Below are positions 54,086 through 64,000 of a DNA stretch of 64,000 bases, piece by piece. The stretch comes from Octopus vulgaris (lineage: Eukaryota), in NCBI GenBank assembly GCA_951406725.2, contig OX597818.1, forward strand, positions 84,010,001 through 84,074,000. Direction: 5' to 3'. The notes under the pieces are model-generated. The model saw only the letters and a program-made list of their open reading frames with translations. It was not told where the DNA came from and ran no database searches. A program made the position numbers and the translations under genes. Each line of letters starts with the position of its first letter. Position 1 is the first letter of the stretch.

Positions 54086-54198
54086 CACTACCTGGAATCG
54101 AACTCGGACATATGGCGTAGTGATTAAGAGCGAGAGTAACTAACCCCAAGTATCCGAGTTCGATTCAGTGACCTGAATAATAATAAAAATAATAATAA
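54086..54198. mobile_element. Family F tRNA-like head, present as an inverted pair
   Basis: CACTACCTGGAATCGAACTCGGA (minus-strand B-box end) abuts the plus-strand head CATATGGCGTAGTGATTAAGAGCG..TCCGAGTTCGATTC..GACCTG(AAT)n. Confidence 0.7.
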
Positions 54199-54887
54199 AG
54201 GTATTTCGGGTCCTTTATCGCAAAAAGCTGTTATGTGGTATCAGCATGTGCTAGAAATAGCAGCCAAATCTTTGGAGGGGAGATACGTTGAATACGCTTG
54301 AAAAAAAATCTATTTCACACCGAGGTTAAGAACAGGTCTTTTACGAAATATCTACTGTATTTTTAAAGTCATTTACACTTCAAAATATTTTTTAAATATG
54401 CCAAAAAAAATTTGTAATGGTATTCATTTGAACATAATTTTAAAAAACATCAAAATATTGTGTTTAAAGAAAGCTAAAATATACATAATTACTGTACAAA
54501 CAGCTTGCATTTGAAGTCACATTCACTTAAAAACATTTCTAAATGATTAAAATATTTTGTTAAACAAAAGCGAAAATAAAAATTGTAAAAAAAATAATCG
54601 CTTTTTTTTTTGCGTTGTCAACTTGCTGTCTAATCGAAATGTTAGAATTTCTTCCCTGTGAAGATGAAGATTATTTTCGGAACATTTTCTCATTATGCAC
54701 CAGTTTAGGTATTTATACACTGAAAATCTCTAATATCTTGAAAGCTACCGATTTACGCAAAACATGTTTCATTCGATTCGTATTAATATTTCAGGGTAAA
54801 CTTAATTCATGACATTTTCCTATTATGCACCAGTCTCGCTGAGTAACATTGCAAGCAAGCAAGCTAGATTGAAAGTGACTTTTAATG

Positions 54888-54936
<49 letters not shown>

Positions 54937-54937
54937 T

Positions 54938-55088
54938 ATACGACGGGCGTCTTTCCGTTCCCATCTACCAAATCCACTCACAAGGATTTGGTCGGCCCTA
55001 GGTTATAGTAAAAAACACATGCCCAAGGTGCCATGCAGTGGGACTGAATCCAGAACGATGTGGTTAGGAAGCTAGCTACTTACCACAT
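54938..55088 (-). mobile_element. SINE family B 5' half
   Basis: Colinear with 24615-24770. Other family B fragments at ~4985-5120, 5640-5850, 17665-17790, 19140-19385, 27690-27770, 28410-28910, 29835-29945 and 30490-30606. Confidence 0.75.
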
Positions 55089-56025
55089 AGGTCAACATTA
55101 ACTGAACGGTGTTCTCTCCACGCCTCTCCCTTCATTCTGCCTCTTTAAAACTGCAAACTGCATTACATAATTTTCTTCCTTTTCCAGCCTACTAGCGCAT
55201 GATTTAAGAGATTTGGGATGTTATATTTAGCAAGTCGAACTACCACGTAGAGGCACCCTTTACGATACGTTGTTGAGGTTGTTCTCATTGTTGTTTTTGT
55301 TGCTGCTCTTGTTTAAACCAATGAATCCTTTACTAATCCTTTCTGCGATCCAAGTCATTCCAGCTCTGGACATCAAAACATTTTCTGTAAGCATAGAATC
55401 CAAGCTATGTTATCCAATGCACATTATTTTTGTTTTAGCTTTTGCAGATACTATGGTGTGACTGGAGAAAGATTTGGCTGCTATCTCTGAAATATCAGAC
55501 AACCAAACAGACGCGCTTTTGTTACGTCGTAGATATGGGAGCTGTTTTCATTTTTGTTGCCGTGACAGATGATGTACTTTTTGTTACAGTTTCTATAAAA
55601 CTCTTGTCAATGTTATATTTCTAGATCTTGTTTTAATTGTTGTGGATTTGCTCGAAGCTATGATTTTTTGTTGTTATTGTTGTTGTAATGGATTTTCTTA
55701 TATTTATTATTCCAGCTCTTGCTGTTTTCAATATTGGTGTTTTGTTTGGATCTTTTCTTTGTTTTTTTTGGGTTTTTTTTTTTACATTCTTTGAGTTACT
55801 ACTTTCCTTTTCAGTTTATTTTAGTTTTCTGCTGTTGTTGTTGTTGTTGTTATTTCTTGTCATCGATTTGTCCTTGTTACTTTTTGTCAGTATTATTGCT
55901 ATATTTGAGAGACAGACAACACTTTTCAATATTCAATATTGGCCAATATTGCTTCGATGAAGATAATGCCGGTGGTGATGTAGGTAATTATTATTATTAA
56001 GAACAAACATCTACTAGAACACTAG

Positions 56026-56161
56026 AAGGAGGAGAAGAAGAAGAAGAAGAAGAAGAAGAAGAAGAAGAAGAGTTAAAATATTTTCATTTTTTATATTAAT
56101 AAAATAAATCATCATCAATATTGTCGTCATTATCAATTTTATCATTATTGTTGTTGTTATA

Positions 56162-56192
<31 letters not shown>

Positions 56193-56290
56193 ATATTATT
56201 GTAAGTTTTATCATAATCATCATCTTCATAACCATCATCATTTTCACCATGATCATTTTCATCATCATCATCATCGTCGTCATCATCGTT

Positions 56291-56342
<52 letters not shown>

Positions 56343-56558
56343 CTGTTATCGTTGTCTTCGTCGTCATCTTTGTCGTCATTATCACCATGTATTTCTTCCT
56401 CCTCTCTTTCCACATCTTCTTTTTCTCATTACTACTACTGCTACTACTACAACCCCTCCTCCTCTAACTACTACTACTACTACAACTTCTGCAATCATAT
56501 TTTATCCTAGCAAATTCTCACGGTGCTGCTGTTTAAAATGTTACTACTACTACGACTG

Positions 56559-56592
<34 letters not shown>

Positions 56593-56610
56593 AAATTCTA
56601 CTACTACTAA
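56026..56610. repeat. (GAA)n/(CAT)n/(ACT)n compound microsatellite
   Basis: Directly visible. Confidence 0.9.
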
Positions 56611-57506
56611 CTAGCTAAAATTCTGCTGCGACATTTCCCGATGCTTTTCAAGATTAGTTAATGAAGTTTCATTTTGGATTTTATATTACACACAATTTTA
56701 TTGAACATTTTGGAATATCTTCGCTTTACCGGGGATAGAAAAACAAGACGGTATTTTTGCAACTATTTTTATTTATTCTGTGCTGTCTAACACTGAGGCT
56801 TTTCTCTTCCTCAGATTCTCCACTCAAAGAGATTACAAAGAACAAAACGTAAAAACCCACGCAAGTGGAGACAATATTAAGCGCACAGGTAAAGAAACAA
56901 ATGGCGGAAAAAGAAATGAAAGAACCTTCGAAAAGGAAAATGTAGCATAATAAATATGTTTGTGAACAATAACATTAAGAGTATATAGGATTAGTAAATA
57001 TATAAACTGCTTTCACAATCAAAAGTTCTGGATATAGATAATTTTGCCGAAAGAACGAAAGTAAGGAAGATTTTCACACCGGACAGGCGCAAGCTTACCA
57101 CTGCTCGAAAGAAGATAAATAAGTTTCTTGTACTTTACCAAGGTCACATGAACTTATCCCCTTCCAGCTAATAAAGGTTTGCATATATCTATGATAGATA
57201 TTTGAAATAATATTTGTAGGGAGAGGGAGAACATATATTTACTGTAAGTGGCATCTTAAAACAGTATTCAGAGCAAGGCACACACCTAAATTGTATGTGA
57301 CACATCTGGCCATAAGCTGCATCCGCAGTATTTGAAAAGAAGAAATTCAAGGGTTAAATTCAAGGTCATCGGTGTCGATATCACCCTCAGTTCGGTAGTC
57401 AGCTTCGTGGTGTGTACAAACAACTTTTGGTGAAATGGAGTCAAAAGGGATCACAATGAAGATTCTAATAATGGCCCTGCTAGACTCAAAAGCAAGTCTT
57501 ATACAA

Positions 57507-57671
57507 GGTGCAGGAGTGGCTGTGTGATAAGTAGCTTGCTAACCAACAACATGGTTCCGGGTTCAGTCCCACTGCGTGGCATCTTGGGCAAGTGTCTTCT
57601 GCTATAGCCCCGGGCCGACCAAAGCCTTGTGAGTGGATTTGGTAGACGGAAACTTAAAGAAGCCTGTCGTA

Positions 57672-57766
<95 letters not shown>

Positions 57767-57955
57767 TTGTGTGTCTGTGTTTGTCCCCTTAGCGTTGCTT
57801 GACAACCGATGCTGGTGTGTTTACGTCCCCGTCACTTAGCGATTCGGCAAAAGAGACTGATAGAATAAGTACTGGGCTTACAAAGAATAAGTCCTGGGGT
57901 CGATTTGCGTGGCTGCAGTCAAATGACTGAAACAAGTAAAAGAGTAAAAGAGTAA
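57507..57955 (+). mobile_element. SINE family B, full length, near consensus
   Basis: GGTGCAGGAGTGGCTGTGTGATAAGTAGC..GGTTCAGTCCC..CTTGGGCAAGTG..(TA)n(TG)n..AAGTAAAAGAGTAAAAGAGTAA. Confidence 0.9.
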
Positions 57956-59585
57956 GGTACTGAAAGGAAAAATTTTAAACTCAGTAACTAGCATAGACAG
58001 TTTAGTTGGTACACATGTGGTAGTAAAGTCATTTAAAAGCTTTCTGCACTCAAATCCTTAAAGAACAAGTGTAACAAGAAAAGAAAAGTAGAGTTGCTAA
58101 TCGTATAACAAACACCTAGGACAACTTGTGTGTTACCATATAATATAGCTCGGTCATTATTACTGAGGATGAACAAAACCTCAAGACCTTCTTGTGGCTG
58201 ACACCGACGAATCATAGTCTCCAGACCACCACAACGGCAAAAAACAAATTACTAAGAAATACTCTTTTATTACTGTAATACATCACCCACATACATCACG
58301 TTACTTTACAGATTAGAACCAAGATACAAATATATATAAGCAAAGTAAGCCAGTCTGCCGAGAGCATGCCGAAATTTCGAAGTCACTGTCAACCTTTTAT
58401 TTACAAACGCAAAGAAGTACTTTACTGGAAAGTAATGAGTTAAAAACTGTTACTATTATATATAACGTAAAAAGACACAATAATGAAGATAGATGAGTTT
58501 CTAAATACGTATGTATGAATGAATATGTGTATCCCCTCTCTTTCTCTCTCCCTCTCTCTTTCTCTGTATATATATATATATATATATATACACGTATATA
58601 CACTTATACATATGCGGAAGTCTGTATATATGAACACGTATATACACACATGTATGTATGAATGTATTTCAGCGTGTGTGTTTACGTTTGTGTATATGTA
58701 CGCATGTGCACATACATTTTTGACAGATGAGCCCTCACAACAGACCCGCAGAGATTTCAAACCATGAAAGTACGAAGCAGTCGGAAGATTTGGTATTTTA
58801 AAATCCATTGAAGGATTTTGTAGACAATCGGTTTCCATGAAGGAGAATCTGTTCGATGTCACTAAAATCTGGAATCTGGAGTCATGCGGTCACAACACTA
58901 CATTGCTAATAGTTTTAGAAAACAGTTCTATTTAGAAAAAGAAGGTTATAGGATAGATATTACAGTGATTAGAAACATGTAAAAGAAAATAAATTATTAG
59001 ATTCGCCAAAATGTCGGTTAGGTTTTTGTCAACACTAAACTTCAAGCACTGTAATATATAATTAACTCCAGCCTGGCCTGGCGCAGGTACTTAACACATG
59101 AACGTAGTCTGATGTGAATTTGCGAGAGACAGTTGTATTTTGTATATTTCACGTTCTCTCAAAAGCTTATAAAATTCTTATAATGTCAACAACATATTTC
59201 GCTTCAGCTAATTGCCAGTCAAACTACAGCCTATTTTCTTAGACACTAAAGAACATTTTAGATCATTTGGTCATAAATTCTTTTCAAAGACAAAATATAC
59301 CTCTTTGAATTGTTTTAGATATTATTGATCAAAATTAATTTTGGGCGAAACAATTTCTCGCTTCTTTTCAAGGGACCTAACCTACAAAGAAGAGAAAGGT
59401 GCTGGAAGATTGTATAAATTCCTCTGATCATTTTCAACAAACTTTCGTGTTTTTGAAAAAGTTCTGATCCGTACCACTAGGGATAGAAAGAAGTAGGAGA
59501 TAGACAGACATAGGTATTAAGTAGTAAAAAATATATATATAACAAAAGAGGGATTAAATGTAAGCACTCGAAAATCATACGTGAT

Positions 59586-59930
59586 ACTCCGCATGGTTCA
59601 GTGGTTAAAGCATCGGACTCACAATCATGAGGGAGTGAGTTCGATTACCGAACCGTACTGCGTGTTGTGTTCTTGAGCAAGACACTTATATTTCCCGTTG
59701 ATCCAGTTCACTCAGCTGTAGAAATGAGTTGCGACGTCACTGGTGCCAAGGTGTATCGGTCTTTGCCTTTCCCTTGGACAACATTGGTGACATGGAGAGA
59801 GGAGGCTGATATACATGGGTGACTGCTGGTCTTCCATAATCAACCTTGTCTGGACTTGTACCTTGGAGGTGATATTCCTTGGTGCAATGCTATGATCATT
59901 CATGACCGAATGGAGTCTTTTACCCTTTTA
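59586..59930 (+). mobile_element. tRNA-derived SINE family D (different 3' part from the 7.3-kb copy)
   Basis: A-box TGGTTCAGTGG, B-box AGTTCGATTACC, central GTGTTGTGTTCTTGAGCAAGACAC..CCAGTTCACTCAGCTG, end TTTACCCTTTTA. Confidence 0.78.
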
Positions 59931-60230
59931 ACGCACACAACTCAAAGATGGGTTTTAGAGATGTATAGTGTGTGAGGTTCTATGAAAATGTGAAATGGTC
60001 GTCTTGGGCAACGGACAGCCTAATGTCACATCTGATACGTTTCGATCCACAATCAATTTTCCGCTTCTTTTTTTGGCAATCCTTAGTAAAACCTTTTATC
60101 TATCATCTCGGCCAAACCCGGATCTCCAGTAGAGTGTTGCTGGGAGTGTTAAAAATTCGGTCTCTTCTAACAGGATTGGTGATGGTGGAACTGTGTGAGT
60201 AGGGATGGGTGTAGTGAGCGGTCGTGATGC

Positions 60231-60268
<38 letters not shown>

Positions 60269-61446
60269 ATGTTGTAAGTGTTGTAGTTGTTGGTAAAAGA
60301 CAATCGATTCCAATGCGGTATGCAATTTGGTAGTTCTGCTGTAAAATTGCAGACGTTCAGTCTGTTCTGTATTCTTCTGATGATTGTTTACTACGTTAAC
60401 TGGATAACGGTTGCGGATAGGAGGGAGTTATGGTGGAAGAAGGTGAATGGATGGATTGATGGACGAATAGATGGATGGATGGATGGAGGGACGGAGAAAA
60501 CAGAGAAAGAGTGAACGAAATTGGTGAGAGTATACGTGGGTAGGGGTAAAAAGAGATAGAGAAAGTTTGATTTGGGATGAGAGGTACGATGAGGTACGGT
60601 GGTATTGGTGAGAAATAGTTTGAGGTAAAATTTGGAATAAAAAGACTGATAGAAGATGCGGTGGTGGGAGGAGATATGGGAGAGAAAGAGACTGAGAAAA
60701 ATGCAAGGAAGAAAGCCAGAAAGAATCGAAGAACAAATAAAAATATTAGACATATTGTATTATGGATTACACACACATAGATACATACATATGTGTGTGT
60801 GTGTGTGTGTATAGACCACATATATGTACATGTATGTGAGTATATATATTTATTTATATGTGTATATATGTGTGTGTGTATGTGCGCGTGTATTTATATA
60901 CGTATATATGTATGTATATGTGTGTGTATATATATATGTATATATATTTATATATGTACTTGTATGTATATGTACGCGTGTGTGTGTGCAAAAAGAGAGA
61001 GAGAGGGGGTGGAGTCTGTGAAGTTTGGTCAAAGAATCATTTTTTAAATTGAAACAGCGAAAGAGGAAACAATGCAGATGTGTCCAAGTACTTATTTTTT
61101 GTTTTGTTTCGTAACAGTATATATGTGTGTCTATGTTTATGAGTATATACGCATTCGATATATTGTGTATGAGTAATAAACACTGATAATGAAGAAACAT
61201 ATGTGTGTATGAGTGTGGATGCTTATGCATCACCCCTCCACCTGCTCTCACTCTCAATGTCGTTCTAGCTCTGACGCTCTGCGTGTAGGAGTGTTACATG
61301 TAAAACATAGTGTATGGTACAGAACGGGAAAGAAGTTTAGAGAACAAATGATTAGACGTATATATATGTGTATGTAAATATACGTAGCTTTGTGTGTTTA
61401 TGTTTCCTACGTGTGTGAGTGTGAGGACACAGGTATAAGTGTGTGT

Positions 61447-61673
61447 GGCGAGCTGGCAGAATCGTTAGCACGCCGGACGAAATGCTTAGCAGTATTTCGT
61501 CTGCCGCTACGTTCTGAGTTCAAATTCCGCCGAGGTCGACTTTGCTTTTCATCCTTTCGGGGTCGATTAAATAAGTATCAGTTACGCACTGGGGTCGATG
61601 TAAACGAATTAATACGTAACTCTGGCCTTCTTTGTCTCTTCTATGTTTAGCCCCTCGTGGGTAATAAAGAAAT
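61447..61673 (+). mobile_element. SINE family A (tail type 1) with 17-bp TSD
   Basis: AGGTATAAGTGTGTGTG at 61431-61447 and 61674-61690. Confidence 0.9.
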
Positions 61674-62104
61674 AGGTATAAGTGTGTGTGTGTGTTTGTA
61701 TGTGTGTAGGTATATGTGCTTGTGCTCGCGTATACGCATGTGTGTTTTTGTGAATTTGAGACTATAGTATTTGAACCAAATGTAATAATATGGGTTGTCT
61801 ATGTATGTAAGAGAGTACATTTGAGTCATACTTATTCTGTCAGCGTTAACGACGAGGACGATAACAGTAATACAAGTCATACTTTGGGTGTCAACCTTTC
61901 ATCCTCGAAATTTGTGTTTTTGTGACTAGAAAAAATATCGTCATCATTATTCTCACGCTTGTTCATGTGATGAAATGGCAGAATCGTTAGCATGCAGGGC
62001 AAAATGTTTCGCTGACGTTTTCCGGCTTTCCGGCTCGAGTTCAGATTTAATGCTACTTTCGTTAGAAACAGTTCTGGTTATAACAAACATACTACTGGAG
62101 GAAT

Positions 62105-63709
62105 TGTTTTATTCCTACCCACAAGGGGCAACATAGAGGGGAAAATACAATCGGGAAAAATAAAATAATGAATTATGAAGTTTGTACAATGTGGTGTAAT
62201 GCCCACTCGATCCCCGAAATCGAGCGGTTACATTTCGTCATTTTTCATTCGTCAACAATATTTTCCAAATAAAAACATTTTACACATTTTCAACATACAT
62301 TTCGAAAATTTTACAAAGTTCAACATTTTTTTTTTCAGAATTTAAAGTTTTTTTTATCATTTCCAAATTAAAGTTTTCACAATACCTTTTCTGTTATATA
62401 TACTCCATTATCTCTACCAAATCTTGGTAATTTTCCATCGTTCGTGGCCACCTTGTAAGTCGGGATTTCTCATATGTTTTGACACGTTCTTGCTAGCTGC
62501 CTCGATGAACGCCTTGGCGTTGTTCTCGTGGACGAGTGCACCTGTTTCTTTCCATTCGGTGCCCATCCTGACCCACGTATATCCATCTGTTTCGCTTATT
62601 AAATCTTCCATCTCCTCACAGTGCCTGTGATGGATCAATGTTCCATAGCATTTGAATCTTTTATTCGTGCCTGCATTTTCTCTAGTTTTTCTCTTAGGAC
62701 TTACTTCCTCTTTTTCTCCTCTCTCGGCTTCTCTCTTTTTCTCTTTTTGCTTTCTCTTCTTTCTTTTTCCTTCTCTTGTCTTTTTGGCTCTTTGTCTGTC
62801 GTCTCTCTACCCTGTGCCTTATGTTCCTTTTCTGTTGTTTCTTTTCCTTTTTGCCTACCATCTTTTCCTTTCTCTTGGTTCTGTTCCTTCTCTTGTTCTT
62901 TTCCTGTTTTTCTCTTTCCTTTAATGTACTTTCCTTTTCTTTCTCTTGCTTCTGCCTTGGCTCCTTATCCACTACTTCTCCACCCTGTGAATTTTGCTCC
63001 TTTTCAACTATCTTCTTCCCATTGTTTTCATTTTCCTTCAGTGCGCTGTTACTTCCCTTCTCTTGTTGTTTCTCCGTTATTTCCTTTTCCTTGTTTTCGC
63101 TGTTCTTTCCTTCGTGTTCTTTTTCCTTCTCTTTTTTGTTCTCTCCACTTTGTGTCTCTTTTTGCTCCATTTCCGTCTCCGCTGTGAATTCATATAGCGG
63201 ACATTCCTTTTTTTATGTGCCCTCTTGACAAGCACAAGTAGCAATTCGGTTTTCTCCCTCCACAATTACACTAATTGTTTTCTCGTTTCCTATTTCTATT
63301 TGGAAGGGAAACCGTTCGATGTCTTCCATTGTGGCCATCAGCCACAACTCCACTCCGAATCCCTTCCAATTTACAACGTTGGTCTCCTTGATTGACCCTA
63401 TTTCTACTTCCTCCTTTGCTGACCCTAGAATGGCTGTTACCAGCATTTCTGTTTTTATTTCTGGCGGCACCTTTGGGACTCTTACCCGTACCCCTCTTCT
63501 TCCTTTATAAGTCGGCCACATAGTGAAATTATCGGCTTTCAGAACAGTGGAAGCTAACGAGGCCGCCACTTCCTTTGTTGCGCATCTCACCTCCACCGTA
63601 CCATATTTCTTTCCTCTGTCCACGAAAGTCGCTTTCTTCATAATGTCTCCCAGACATTTCTCTATTTCTTCAATCGTCACTCTCACCAGTTTTCTCGTGT
63701 TCCTATCTT
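62105..63709 (-). mobile_element. ORF1/gag-only retroelement, 5'-truncated, bounded by 94-bp direct repeats
   Basis: Direct repeats 62011-62104 and 63710-63803 (5 mismatches). The 3' end is shared with SINE family A tail type 1. Confidence 0.75.
62414..63709 (-). pseudogene. LINE ORF1-like protein, frameshifted (RRM-like region, CCHC knuckle, K/E-rich linker, small C-terminal domain)
   Basis: ORF 63213-63686 (..GVRVRVPKVPPEIKTEMLV..ISVIVEG) continues via frameshifts into RKPNCYLCLSRGHIKKECP (CX2CX4HX4C), then ORF 62694-63170 and ORF 62414-62638. Confidence 0.72.
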
Positions 63710-64000
63710 GCTGACTTTTGCCGGCTTTCCAGCCCGAGTTCAGATTTAATGTTACTTTCGTTAGAAACAGTTCTGGTTATAACAAACATACTACTGGAGG
63801 AATGGCTAGCATTCCATTAAGATAAGAGCAACAAAAGTACTCCATCCGGTGAAAGATAAATATCTTTCAATATGCTCAATATAAAGCGGATACTTTCTTT
63901 TCTAGAAGCGTAATGGTGAATAAAAACAAAGAAAGAAGAGAAAAGAAAGGGAGAAATTACAGTCATGTCTTCTTCGATCATAAAACCATAATTAAGCTGT

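Noticed and set aside
58713-58800. Candidate exon after TTTTTGACAG (MSPHNRPAEISNHESTKQSEDL)
   Set aside because: It is short, has a weak donor, shows no recognisable protein similarity, and has no partner exons.
62011-63803. LTR retrotransposon interpretation
   Set aside because: The repeats lack TG..CA ends, I see no PBS/PPT or external TSD, and the ORF is truncated at the repeat edge.

Overview
AT-rich, microsatellite-saturated eukaryotic DNA, either intergenic or deep intronic. The repeat vocabulary (huge (TA)n, (CA)n, (AAT)n, (TAG)n and (GATA)n tracts, plus several tRNA-headed SINE families) looks like a coleoid cephalopod such as Octopus; this is an inference from pattern recognition, not a database result. 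I recognise no intact host gene, and nearly all ORFs in the track are microsatellite artefacts. The real coding remnants are all transposon-derived: a full-length decayed mariner (12.9-14.2 kb), an internally deleted mariner (44.8-45.4 kb), a decayed RTE-type LINE (14.9-16.8 kb), three R4/Dong-type restriction-like-endonuclease LINE 3' fragments lying in or next to (TAA)n arrays, and an ORF1/gag-only element bounded by a 94-bp direct repeat (62.1-63.7 kb). The most interesting signals are four. (1) Several unrelated, partly decayed hammerhead-ribozyme-like motifs with Penelope/retrozyme-style direct and inverted repeats. (2) A tRNA-headed SINE whose 3' part carries such a motif and whose internal (AAT)n tract was colonised by Dong-type LINEs. 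(3) A non-coding ~560-bp element associated with (AAT)n arrays. (4) An ORF1-only retroelement sharing its 3' end with the commonest SINE here. Family letters A-G are my own labels. Coordinates of decayed elements are approximate.
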